Part shown: in pieces, positions 39,966 through 49,313 of the stretch
Layout of the letters: each line of letters begins with the position of its first letter
Position numbering within the stretch: position 1 is the first letter of the stretch
IMG/VR virus record: IMGVR_UViG_3300033146_001382
Location: 125,442 to 189,441 of that record
From: a virus
DNA length: 64,000 nt
Direction: 5' to 3' (one strand)
Notes under the pieces: generated by a model
What the model saw: the letters and a program-made list of their open reading frames with translations, nothing else
Told to the model about the DNA's origin: nothing
The model's database searches: none
Program-made: the position numbers and the translations under genes

Positions 39966-42900
39966 ATGTCAACATTTGAAGTAGAGCAAGTAGGATTACC
40001 AAAACCTAATTATGAGTACATAAATAATGGCGAAGCTGTAGGAGTAGCTATTGAAGACATACTTAAACATAATATTATTGAAGTAGATACTGAAACTACT
40101 GGTTTTGACCCTTACACTAAAAAAATAGTACTAGTTCAAATAGGTATACCTGGTAAATCATATGTATTTGATGTTAGAAGTGATACAGAACGATCTAGTA
40201 TGCATCTAGACCAATTACAACCAGTATTAAATAATGCTACCATTTTAAAATTATTACAGAATGCAGTGTTTGATATGAAAATGCTAAAAGTTAAAGCAGG
40301 TTACTATCTAGAAAATATCTATGACACAATGCTTGTAGAGCAATTGTTTAATCTAGGTAAGATAGGTAGGGGGGCTAGACTTGCTGATTTAGTATTAAAA
40401 TATCTAGGCTTAGTATTACCTAAGGAACCAGCCACTACATTTAAAGACTATAATCAGGAGTATAGACCATTTCAGTTAGAGTACGCAGCTAATGATGTTA
40501 CGATTTTGTCATTGATTAGGGAACTGCAATTACCTAGAATTAAATCAGAAGGGTTTGAAAATGTATGTAGACTAGAATTTGAATTTACCAAGCCTATGTG
40601 TGAGATGGAGTTGAATGGTATCACTTTAGATAAGGATAAGTGGCGTATCATGATGAAGGACATAGACGCAGAACGTAATTCTGAGTTTAATCTAATCCAA
40701 GAATTATTATTTTCTACCTATGGTAAAAATGTATTGTTTGGAGTTCCAGTGGTTAACTTAGATAGTCCAAAACAATTACTTAAAGCATTAAATACTTATG
40801 GTATTACTAATTTAGATAGTACTGCCGAAGCTTCTTTAAAAAGGTACAAGGATGTGCCAGTTATTAATTCACTACTAAAGTTTAGAAAGCTTAACAAACT
40901 AATGTCAACTTATGGTGAGACTCTTCTAGAGAAAATACACCCAATCACTGGTAGATTACACACTCGTTTTAAACAGATGGTAAGCACAGGTAGAATGAGT
41001 TCTTCAGCTCCTAATTTACAGAATATACCTAAAAAACAGAAGTATAGAAGTTGTTTTATAGCAAAGCCTGGGTATAGTTTAGTTACTGCAGATATGTCTG
41101 GTGCAGAGTTAAGGATACTTGGTAATATATCAGAAGATAAAGTGTTCATTGAGTGTTATGCTAATGGGATAGATCTACATACTAGAACTGCATCGGAGGT
41201 ATTTGACACACCTATGGACAAAGTTAAGTCCTCTATGAGGGGCTCAGCAAAAGCTATTAATTTTGGATTGTGTACTTCGGAACACACTGAAATTATTACA
41301 GATTCTGGTATTAAAACAATAAAAGATGTCAAAGTAAACGATGTTGTACCTCATGATATAGGCACCAATAAAGTAATCGATCATATGTATATGGGAGAAA
41401 AGGAAGTATTTGAAGTAACTACTAAATATGGCTATTCAATAGAAGTAACTTCAGAACATTTAATGAAAGTAATAGATGGAGAAAGTAACTATGTAGATAA
41501 AAAACTAGAAGATATCTCAATAGACAAAGATAACATGTGCATTAAGTTAGGTTCAAATCTTTTTCCAAAAACTAATTCTATTTTTGAAGACTTCAAAATA
41601 GAAAAAAAAACTAATTATAAAGATTTTAGCTTACCTAAAATATTGGATACTAATTGGGCAGCCTTCTTAGGTCTATTTATTGCAGAAGGTAGTGTTTTTA
41701 AAGTAAAAGGTAGAGATACTTATAGTACTGTGGGTTTTGATTTTTCTAAAAAAGATTATCAACTTATAGAGGAGATAGATAAATTATTTAATAAATTGTT
41801 TGAAGATAGGTTTGTTAGGGTAACTACTGATGAATTCATTAGATACACTATAAATTCTGTTATTTTTGCAGAATGGCTAGTAACTATACTAAATATTAAA
41901 GGCATAAATAAAACTAATGAAATTAAAATCCCTTCTTGTATTAAGAACTCATCTAAAGGTGTTCAAAGTGTTTTTCTATCTTGGTTATTTGAGGGAAATG
42001 GAGCTATAAAATCTAATGGTAAAGGATACAGAATACAATATAGTAGTAAATCTAAACCATTAATGAATAATTTACAGGTCATGTTATTAAATTTTGGAAT
42101 TCTAGTCTCATTAACGTATGAGTATAGGAAAGGCTACCCCGATAAGTACTATTGTTTGACAATTATACCATATGATTACTCTTCAATTTTTATGAATGAT
42201 ATAGGCTTTATAACCTATAGGAAAAACAATAGAGCAAACACTGCATCTGTATACCACACTTCTTGTTATTTTATAGGAGCTTGTAGAGATAAAATAGAGA
42301 AAATAATAGAGAACTGCGATGTAAGTCCGCAACTTAAAAAAAGATTCTATAAAAAAAGATGTGGTGGCTTAATTGAAACTATTTATTTAGAAGAATTAGC
42401 TAAGTATGACGAGTTCTTTAAGTTTATTGCTATTAATAATGTAGTTACGTTACCTATAGTATCTATTAAAAGTAAAGGCATTAAGAGAGTATATGATATT
42501 TCTGTGGACAACCATCCATATTTTTTAGCTAACGGATTCATTGTTCATAATTGTTATGGACTATCTAAGTACGGTTTAGCAGACAGACTTAAAATTACTG
42601 AGAAAGAAGCAGATAGAATGATTAACACTTACTTTGAACGCTATAGTGGAGTAAAAACGTACCTGGACGCTGCTGCTAGAGGGGCCATAAAGAATGGTTT
42701 CTCACAGACAGTGAGTGGCCGTAAAAGATTTTATAATGTACCACCTTACGGCCATCCAGACCGTAAAAAAGTACAACGGTCAGTAGAAAGAGCAGCTAAG
42801 AACGCAGGTATTCAAGGAGCTAACGCAGACACAATTAAAGAGTCTATGATTTTAGTTGTGAACAGATTAGAACAGAGCGGTTTGGACGCTAAGCTTTTAC

Positions 42901-43178
42901 TGACTGTACATGATGAAGTTGTAGTAGAGGTAAGGAATGATCAGATCAGTGAGGTTTCAGATATAGTTTCTCAATCCCTTATTGATGGGTTTGCTACTTA
43001 CTTTAGTAAGATTCCTATGGAGGCTGACGCGTTATCTGGTCCTTGTTGGTTAAAAGGTTCTTGTGAGGCAGAAGATACAGATGGGAAAGAGTGTGGTAGT
43101 ACAAAAATGGAGTTTGCTCCAGATGATAAGTTAGGTACTAAATTAGTGTGCTCTAGTTGTGGGGCACCACAAGATTAA
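39966..43178 (+). CDS. polA: Family A DNA polymerase with 3'-5' exonuclease, intein in motif B, and C-terminal Cys4 ribbon
   Basis: ExoI VDTETTG, TGRMSSSAPNLQNIP, motif A ADMSGAELR, motif B KAINFGL|CYG, motif C VHDE. Confidence 0.96.
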   Translation: MSTFEVEQVGLPKPNYEYINNGEAVGVAIEDILKHNIIEVDTETTGFDPYTKKIVLVQIGIPGKSYVFDVRSDTERSSMHLDQLQPVLNNATILKLLQNAVFDMKMLKVKAGYYLENIYDTMLVEQLFNLGKIGRGARLADLVLKYLGLVLPKEPATTFKDYNQEYRPFQLEYAANDVTILSLIRELQLPRIKSEGFENVCRLEFEFTKPMCEMELNGITLDKDKWRIMMKDIDAERNSEFNLIQELLFSTYGKNVLFGVPVVNLDSPKQLLKALNTYGITNLDSTAEASLKRYKDVPVINSLLKFRKLNKLMSTYGETLLEKIHPITGRLHTRFKQMVSTGRMSSSAPNLQNIPKKQKYRSCFIAKPGYSLVTADMSGAELRILGNISEDKVFIECYANGIDLHTRTASEVFDTPMDKVKSSMRGSAKAINFGLCTSEHTEIITDSGIKTIKDVKVNDVVPHDIGTNKVIDHMYMGEKEVFEVTTKYGYSIEVTSEHLMKVIDGESNYVDKKLEDISIDKDNMCIKLGSNLFPKTNSIFEDFKIEKKTNYKDFSLPKILDTNWAAFLGLFIAEGSVFKVKGRDTYSTVGFDFSKKDYQLIEEIDKLFNKLFEDRFVRVTTDEFIRYTINSVIFAEWLVTILNIKGINKTNEIKIPSCIKNSSKGVQSVFLSWLFEGNGAIKSNGKGYRIQYSSKSKPLMNNLQVMLLNFGILVSLTYEYRKGYPDKYYCLTIIPYDYSSIFMNDIGFITYRKNNRANTASVYHTSCYFIGACRDKIEKIIENCDVSPQLKKRFYKKRCGGLIETIYLEELAKYDEFFKFIAINNVVTLPIVSIKSKGIKRVYDISVDNHPYFLANGFIVHNCYGLSKYGLADRLKITEKEADRMINTYFERYSGVKTYLDAAARGAIKNGFSQTVSGRKRFYNVPPYGHPDRKKVQRSVERAAKNAGIQGANADTIKESMILVVNRLEQSGLDAKLLLTVHDEVVVEVRNDQISEVSDIVSQSLIDGFATYFSKIPMEADALSGPCWLKGSCEAEDTDGKECGSTKMEFAPDDKLGTKLVCSSCGAPQD
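41271..42551 (+). mobile_element. Intein (427 aa) with LAGLIDADG-type endonuclease domain in polA
   Basis: Starts CTSEHTEI and ends ANGFIVHN before C. Blocks LGLFIAEGS and FLSWLFEGNG. Confidence 0.95.
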
Positions 43179-43202
43179 AAAAAATAAAAGGAGAATTTAC
43201 CA

Positions 43203-43652
43203 ATGAACGTAGAAATTAAATATATAAAACTAGACAAAGAGGCTGTACTTCCTAAATATGCACATGATACCGACGCATGCTTTGATATTTTTGCTTTAGA
43301 AGGTGGTAAACTGAGGCCACACATGCATGTATTAGTTAAAACAGGATTGGCTTATGCCTTACCTGCTGACTATGAGATACAAATTAGGCCTAGAAGTGGG
43401 AATGCTTATAAGAAAATGGTTACAGTGTTGAATACACCTGGAACCATTGATCAAGATTATAGAGGTGACCTTGGTGTAATCCTTGTTAACCACAGCAATA
43501 ACCCATTTGTTTGGGAAGCCGGCCAAGCTATAGCCCAGGGAGCAATAAAGCCTGTGTATAGAGCTGACTTCATTGAAGTAGATACTTTAGATGAGACTGT
43601 AAGAGGTGGAGGTGGATTTGGGTCCACTGATGCACCTAAAGAAAATAACTAA
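43203..43652 (+). CDS. dut: Trimeric dUTPase
   Basis: ACFDI, RPRSG, GTIDQDYRG, RGGGGFGST. Confidence 0.96.
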   Translation: MNVEIKYIKLDKEAVLPKYAHDTDACFDIFALEGGKLRPHMHVLVKTGLAYALPADYEIQIRPRSGNAYKKMVTVLNTPGTIDQDYRGDLGVILVNHSNNPFVWEAGQAIAQGAIKPVYRADFIEVDTLDETVRGGGGFGSTDAPKENN

Positions 43653-43667
43653 GGAGGCAATTAATAT

Positions 43668-46211
43668 ATGCCATTTATAGACAGTTTTCAGGAGAAGATT
43701 TGGAAGGACAAATATCAATATAATAACGAAACATATGAGGATTTTTGTAATAGAATTGCTACTACTATTTTCCCTAACGATCAACTTAAAGCTGCACAGT
43801 TAAAAGAATCAGTAGGGTCCTTTAGGACATTATTTGGTGGACGTATTAACTCTAATATAGGTATAGATGAGAAGGGGTTAACTTTATTTAATTGCTTTAT
43901 AGAAGCTACAGTTAAAAATCCAGATTCATTAGAAGGTATATTTGATGCAATAACTAAGTATGGATTAACACTGAAGAGTGAGGGTGGAGTTGGTTTTTGT
44001 GCTAATTATCTGAGACCAGCAAACACTTTAATTAGGAAAGTAGGTGTAACTACACCTGGGGCTATTAAGTTTCTAGAAATCTATGATAAAGTAAGTGAAG
44101 TTATTACTTCTGGAAGTGTGTCTAAAGAAGATAGTTATCAAGGTACACCTACTAAAAATAGTATTAGAAAGGGTGCTACTATGGTTACTCTTTCTTGCTG
44201 TCATCCAGATATAGAGGAGTTTATAACTGCTAAATCTGTACCAAATAAATTAACTAAGATGAATATGTCAGTGCTAATAACTGATGCGTTTATGTACGCT
44301 GTAGATAATGATTTAGAATGGAACTTATGGTTCCCAGATATTAGTCACGATCAGTATGATAAAGAATGGGATGGTGATTTTGAAAAATGGGCTGAAAAGG
44401 GGTATCCAACTGTTATCTACAAAACAGTTAAAGCTAACTATTTATGGGAGTTATTACTTAAGAGTTCCTTCAATAGGAATGAACCAGGAATTTTATTTAT
44501 TGATACCGCAAGATCCAAAGATAATCTCTACTACTTGAAAGATTGTAGTATTTTAAGTACTAACCCATGTGCGGAGATTTTTGGGAACACAGGAATGATA
44601 GAACATAAAGGAGTTTTATACGAGCTTGGTGATGTATGTAACTTAGGATCTTTAGTACTACCTAGATACTATGATATGGATAATGAAAAATTCGATGAAG
44701 ATATGTTTAAAAAGGATGCTACTCTAATGGTAGAAGCCTTAGATAATGTTATAGAAATTTCTGATTACCCCCTTGATATGTACAAAATGGCCTCTGAACT
44801 TAAACGTAAGATTGGTATAGGGGTCGCGGGTGTAGGTTCTCTTTTCATGATGATGGGTGTACGTTATGGTAGTGAAGAAAGTATTAATATATTAGATAAT
44901 ATATTGTCTATCTTTATGAATACTGTTTATCAAGCATCTGCTTTATTGGCCAAAGAAAAAGGACCGTTTGAGCTTTATTCAGAAGAATTACTCCAAGGAG
45001 GATATGTAGCAAATAATAATGTATTAACAAAAGAAACTATGGATTTAATTAAGAAGTATGGGATTCGTAATAGTGCACTATCAGCTATAGCACCAAATGG
45101 GACTCTCTCAATTCTAGCTGGTAATGTTTCGGGTGGTTTGGAACCTGTATTTTCACCAGAATTCACTAGATGGAACAGGATAGAGGGTAAGAAGCTTGGC
45201 TTTAAATATCCTAAAATTCATAAAGGTGAGTGGTTTGAAACTGATTATTTTAAAGAAGAGCTAATAGCTGATGAAACTATCTTAGTGTCTACTGATGGTA
45301 AATATAGAATAGATAAGAATCAAGGCCTATGTCAAGAAGTTACTATTAGAGATTATGGTTATGAGAAAGCACTAGAGTATGGAAAGACTGAACATACTAC
45401 TGCTATGGAACTATCCGTTACAGAACATTTTAATATTTTAAAAGAAGTTACATCTAAAATTGATCAGTCAGCTTCAAAAACTATAAACTTGCCAGCAGAT
45501 ATTACCTTTGAAGATTTTAAGGCGCTGTATGGTAAGATTCATAGCCATGGTATTAAAGGCTGCACTACTTACAGAGCAGGGACTTCTATAGCTATTTTAG
45601 AGGTAAAGAGAGAAGAGAAAGACAAGACTATCAAAGCTCAGCAGAAAGAGTTTTTAGAGGCCTTCAGAGGACACGAGAATGGAAATATAATGCATGATAT
45701 AGTTAAACTTCCTGAAGAGTTCCCTTCAAAAAGTTATATTATAAAAGCCTCGTCTGCCAAGTGGTATGTCACAGTCGGTTTTAAAAATAAGGAAATGACA
45801 AAACCGTTCTGTATATTTATTAATACTAACAGCCCTTCTGCAACACCTATAACTATGAGCGCTATTGATAGACTGAAAGAGCTCGCTGAGTCAAAGGGGC
45901 TAGGTGGTAATAAATTAGTTGAGGTAGAAAAGAAGTTTACTAATCAAAAGAACTCTGTTAAAATAGCCAGGATGCTCGGCTATTTGCTGCGGCATAATCT
46001 TAAAATAATTGATATTATTAGGGCACTTGATAAGGTGGAGGATGCACATCCTGGAACTTTTGTGTTTAGAATTAAGAAGTTCCTTGGGCAGTTTATTACT
46101 GAACCAGTAACAGATTTAGGCATGGCTTGCCCTGAATGTGGCAGTAAGGAAATTGTGTTTCAAGAAGGGTGTTTTATGTGCGATCAATGTAAATATTCCC
46201 GATGTGGTTAA
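43668..46211 (+). CDS. nrdJ: Class II (adenosylcobalamin-dependent) ribonucleotide reductase with C-terminal TSCPD-like and zinc-ribbon domains
   Basis: TLFNC, TNPCAE, CNLGS, IAPNGT, GIKGCTTYR, terminal CPECG...CDQCKYSRC. No small-subunit gene in the window. Confidence 0.9.
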   Translation: MPFIDSFQEKIWKDKYQYNNETYEDFCNRIATTIFPNDQLKAAQLKESVGSFRTLFGGRINSNIGIDEKGLTLFNCFIEATVKNPDSLEGIFDAITKYGLTLKSEGGVGFCANYLRPANTLIRKVGVTTPGAIKFLEIYDKVSEVITSGSVSKEDSYQGTPTKNSIRKGATMVTLSCCHPDIEEFITAKSVPNKLTKMNMSVLITDAFMYAVDNDLEWNLWFPDISHDQYDKEWDGDFEKWAEKGYPTVIYKTVKANYLWELLLKSSFNRNEPGILFIDTARSKDNLYYLKDCSILSTNPCAEIFGNTGMIEHKGVLYELGDVCNLGSLVLPRYYDMDNEKFDEDMFKKDATLMVEALDNVIEISDYPLDMYKMASELKRKIGIGVAGVGSLFMMMGVRYGSEESINILDNILSIFMNTVYQASALLAKEKGPFELYSEELLQGGYVANNNVLTKETMDLIKKYGIRNSALSAIAPNGTLSILAGNVSGGLEPVFSPEFTRWNRIEGKKLGFKYPKIHKGEWFETDYFKEELIADETILVSTDGKYRIDKNQGLCQEVTIRDYGYEKALEYGKTEHTTAMELSVTEHFNILKEVTSKIDQSASKTINLPADITFEDFKALYGKIHSHGIKGCTTYRAGTSIAILEVKREEKDKTIKAQQKEFLEAFRGHENGNIMHDIVKLPEEFPSKSYIIKASSAKWYVTVGFKNKEMTKPFCIFINTNSPSATPITMSAIDRLKELAESKGLGGNKLVEVEKKFTNQKNSVKIARMLGYLLRHNLKIIDIIRALDKVEDAHPGTFVFRIKKFLGQFITEPVTDLGMACPECGSKEIVFQEGCFMCDQCKYSRCG

Positions 46212-46223
46212 TTAAAATCTAAC

Positions 46224-46281
46224 TAGCCTCCTTATTAGTAAGTATCCCTGTGGTATATTAATATAACTTTTAAGGAGGTTA
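46224..46281 (+). promoter_or_regulatory. Anti-Shine-Dalgarno stem enclosing an extended -10-like element
   Basis: tagcctcctta (46224-34) pairs with taaggaggtta (46271-81), 11 bp with one G-U. The loop contains TG-G-TATATT (46251-59). Confidence 0.6.
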
Positions 46282-46288
46282 ACTTTTT

Positions 46289-46468
46289 ATGAAGAACTTT
46301 GGTTTAATATATAAGGTCACTAATACCATTAATAATAAATCCTACATTGATCAGACTACTTTAGGTTTAAGACACGAGGCACATGTAGAACTGAGCGATG
46401 GTAGAGACCTAGCTACGCTATTGAAAGAAAATGATTTTGAAAAACTAAACTTTTATAATGTAGATTAG
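46289..46468 (+). pseudogene. Truncated GIY-YIG homing endonuclease remnant (59 aa; not in ORF track)
   Basis: Hand translation MKNFGLIYKVTNTINNKSYIDQTT... matches the GIY-YIG N-terminus (GxIY.iTN.iNgK.YIGqT) with G replaced by D, then stops after 59 codons. Confidence 0.65.
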
Positions 46469-46480
46469 TGAGGAGATTAA

Positions 46481-47083
46481 ATGAATTTTGGATTTGATTT
46501 AGATGAGGTTATAGCTAAGACAGCTCATATGGCAGTAGCACATTTAAATGATGTGTTTAATTGTAACTATGGTATAGAAGTATTTAAGAGTTTTGTATTT
46601 TCTGAGAATACTTTTTCTGATGATGAAGAAGAGCAGAAAGCAGCAGTAGATACCTTAACTTGGGCTGTTTTGGACAAGAGAATGATGTCTACTGTTAAAC
46701 CATATAATGATGCAGTTAAAGTTATAAATGATTTAAAACGACATGGGCATAAGATTTTTATTATCACAAAAAGATCTGATGAGTTTAAAGACACAACCAT
46801 TAATTGGTTAAGTAAATATAAGATAAATTTTGATCGTTTAATACTAACAGGATTAAGTAGTAAAGGTGAATGTGCTAAGTCATTACAATTAGATTGTTTT
46901 GTAGATGATTTAGAATCTAATCTATATGATATGTACCATGCAAAACAACGCTGGACTAAAGGATTAATTTTAATGACTAGGCCTTGGAATGAAGTAAATT
47001 ATATAGATGCTAGTAAGTTTTCTAGAGCAAATAGTTGGCAAGATATTAGAAAATTATTATCTATAGGGAATAGATTAAAATAA
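46481..47083 (+). CDS. HAD-superfamily 5'(3')-deoxyribonucleotidase-like protein
   Basis: GFDLDEVI (DxD), IITKR, CFVDD, PWN. Confidence 0.8.
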   Translation: MNFGFDLDEVIAKTAHMAVAHLNDVFNCNYGIEVFKSFVFSENTFSDDEEEQKAAVDTLTWAVLDKRMMSTVKPYNDAVKVINDLKRHGHKIFIITKRSDEFKDTTINWLSKYKINFDRLILTGLSSKGECAKSLQLDCFVDDLESNLYDMYHAKQRWTKGLILMTRPWNEVNYIDASKFSRANSWQDIRKLLSIGNRLK

Positions 47084-47087
47084 TAAC

Positions 47088-47117
47088 TTGACATACACTA
47101 AATACTAATTATATTAT
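47088..47117 (+). promoter_or_regulatory. Sigma70-type promoter, copy 3 of the motif
   Basis: TTGACA (47088-93) followed by AATTATATTAT (47107-17). Confidence 0.65.
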
Positions 47118-47122
47118 ATACT

Positions 47123-47272
47123 ATGAAAAATAATACAGATGAATATGTAGAACCACCTAAAAAACATAAAGGGCTTACTTGTAGAAAATGTGGTGTAAGT
47201 TCTTTTTATATTAAAGATAAATGTTGGTTGTGTGGTACTTATTTTAAAAAAGGAACAAAGGATGAGAATTAG
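47123..47272 (+). CDS. 49-aa zinc-ribbon-like protein (not in ORF track)
   Basis: Hand translation MKNNTDEYVEPPKKHKGLTCRKCGVSSFYIKDKCWLCGTYFKKGTKDEN (CxxC...CxxC). No obvious RBS, so it may be leaderless from the promoter just upstream. Confidence 0.55.
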   Translation: MKNNTDEYVEPPKKHKGLTCRKCGVSSFYIKDKCWLCGTYFKKGTKDEN

Positions 47273-47513
47273 TTATTTATTAATATGGTTGTTAGTAATT
47301 ATAGGGTGTGGTCAGGATGCTAATCAAGGTATGGAGGCAGTACAGAGAAAATATACTAATGAAGTAGTACTTAATATACCTGAGAGTGCAAATCAATACA
47401 TAGTATTAATGAAAGACAGACGGACTATTCGGTATGTTACTACAAGTACTGGAACCTATGTAAATACTATACGTACAGATATAGAATTATACAAAAAAGG
47501 AAAATTAAAATGA
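47262..47513 (+). CDS. Putative small lipoprotein
   Basis: MRISYLLIWLLVIIG-C: basic residue, hydrophobic stretch and lipobox-like IIGC. Confidence 0.55.
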   Translation: MRISYLLIWLLVIIGCGQDANQGMEAVQRKYTNEVVLNIPESANQYIVLMKDRRTIRYVTTSTGTYVNTIRTDIELYKKGKLK

Positions 47514-47794
47514 AAATTAAATGTAATATGTGTTTAAATGAGTCAGAGAGAAAATGTCTAATTAAAAAAACTACAGTTAATGTAACTAAGTCTCGTAAAT
47601 GTAATGACTATGAGTTTGATCAGCCTAGAGACATTGTTAGATTAGAACGTAAGGCTAGACTCATGGATCAACAAGAGGCAAGAGTTAAGGCACAGCAGGA
47701 GGCTTATATAGCTGCGGAAGAACTTATTGAAAATAATACTCGTCATCCATCCACTGGGGACCTAAGTAGGTTTAAATCTAGTGCAGCCGAATAA
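47510..47794 (+). CDS. Hypothetical protein with Cys cluster and coiled coil
   Basis: CNMC...C...C followed by a helical segment. Overlaps both neighbours. Confidence 0.5.
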   Translation: MKIKCNMCLNESERKCLIKKTTVNVTKSRKCNDYEFDQPRDIVRLERKARLMDQQEARVKAQQEAYIAAEELIENNTRHPSTGDLSRFKSSAAE

Positions 47795-48408
47795 TGCCGC
47801 ATAGTTTTGCATCATATGAATTAGAATCTAATATCATGGCAGATGGATACTCTTATATTATAGGGGTAGATGAAAGTGGTGTAGGGGCAGGTAGTGGCCC
47901 AGTAGTGGCTGCTGCCTGCTATGTACCAGAAAATGCAATATCAGACCTTCTATTTAAAGTAAAAGATTCAAAAAAATTAAGCTCCAAAAAATTAAAAGAG
48001 TTATACATATTAATTAAAAGAACTTGTGAAGTAGGTATAGGTATAGTTAGTAATAAAGTTATAGATGATATAAACATACTAAATGCCACCAAAGTAGCTA
48101 TGGAAGAGGCATTAATTCAAATAAGTAATATTGATTATGTGTTAATAGATGGTATGACTGTATTACCTGATTTTCCTATACCACAGAAGCAAGTAATTAA
48201 AGGTGACGCTACATCTATATCAATAGCAGCTGCCTCAATAATAGCTAAAGTTACTAGAGACATTATCATGAAGGACTTACATAGTATTTGGAGCTTTTAT
48301 GGTTGGGATAGGAATAAGGGATATCTTACTAAAGAACATATAAAGGCTTTAAAAATTTATGGCCCATGTGAGATGCATAGGGTTACTTTTAATAAAGTAG
48401 GGCGATAG
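47794..48408 (+). CDS. rnhB: Ribonuclease HII
   Basis: GVDESG.G...GPVV, DSKKL, VLIDG, KGDA.S.SIAAASIIAKVTRD. Confidence 0.95.
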   Translation: MPHSFASYELESNIMADGYSYIIGVDESGVGAGSGPVVAAACYVPENAISDLLFKVKDSKKLSSKKLKELYILIKRTCEVGIGIVSNKVIDDINILNATKVAMEEALIQISNIDYVLIDGMTVLPDFPIPQKQVIKGDATSISIAAASIIAKVTRDIIMKDLHSIWSFYGWDRNKGYLTKEHIKALKIYGPCEMHRVTFNKVGR

Positions 48409-48492
48409 ATGTAAATCAGAATTAAAAAAATACTTAATAACTAGTATGTAATGACTGTACCATAGGTAAGTTATGAAAAAAAGGAAACATAT

Positions 48493-49299
48493 ATGAATAA
48501 ACCATTTTTAAAATGGGCAGGAAGCAAGAGGAAATTGATTACTACTCTTCAAGAATATATAGGCCAACCAAACTATAGGCTTATTGAGCCATTTGTAGGA
48601 TCTGGTACTGTATTTTTAAATATAAAGGCAGAAAGTTATATTTTATCTGATTTAAATTATGATTTAATAACACTATTTAAATTATTACAACAAGATAATG
48701 GAACCTTCATAAAATATGTAAAAAAAGAATTTTTTACTACTAACGTTAATACTGAAGATACATTTTATAGGCTTAGAAGTAATTTCAATACTGAAACAGA
48801 TCCTTTTATTAAATCAGCTCTTTTCATTTATTTAAATAGGCACGCTTTTAATGGTTTATGTAGATACAATAAGTCTGGTAAATTTAATGTACCTTACGGT
48901 AGGTATAAAACCATTTATTTTCCTGAAAAGGAGCTTATTTACTTTTCTAATAGTATTACTAACTGTACCTTTTTGCACCAGGACTTTAGGCAGTCTTTAG
49001 CGAATTTAAGGCCTACAGATGTGGTGTATTGTGACCCACCGTATTCACCAGTATCAAAAACTTCAAGTTTTACAGGGTATTGTCCTGGGGGGTTTAATGA
49101 CCAAGATCAAATAGATTTAATTAATATAATAAAACAGTTAGACAACAAGGTTATTATTTCTAATAATTTTACAGATTTTATAAAAGGTTTATACACAGAT
49201 GCAGATAAACTAGTAGAACTACAAGTTCAAAAGAATATAGGAAGTAAAGGTGATAGTAGAAAAAAGGTAAAAGAAATATTGGCAATTTATAATTATTAA
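48493..49299 (+). CDS. dam: DNA adenine methyltransferase (Dam/D12 class)
   Basis: FLKWAGSK, EPFVGSG, FNGLCRYN..G.FNVPYG, YCDPPY. Confidence 0.95.
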   Translation: MNKPFLKWAGSKRKLITTLQEYIGQPNYRLIEPFVGSGTVFLNIKAESYILSDLNYDLITLFKLLQQDNGTFIKYVKKEFFTTNVNTEDTFYRLRSNFNTETDPFIKSALFIYLNRHAFNGLCRYNKSGKFNVPYGRYKTIYFPEKELIYFSNSITNCTFLHQDFRQSLANLRPTDVVYCDPPYSPVSKTSSFTGYCPGGFNDQDQIDLINIIKQLDNKVIISNNFTDFIKGLYTDADKLVELQVQKNIGSKGDSRKKVKEILAIYNY

Positions 49300-49313
49300 A
49301 TTAGGAGCATACC

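Noticed and set aside
43668-46211. Intron or intein in the ribonucleotide reductase
   Set aside because: The ORF is continuous, with motifs at expected spacing and no C...HN intein boundaries.
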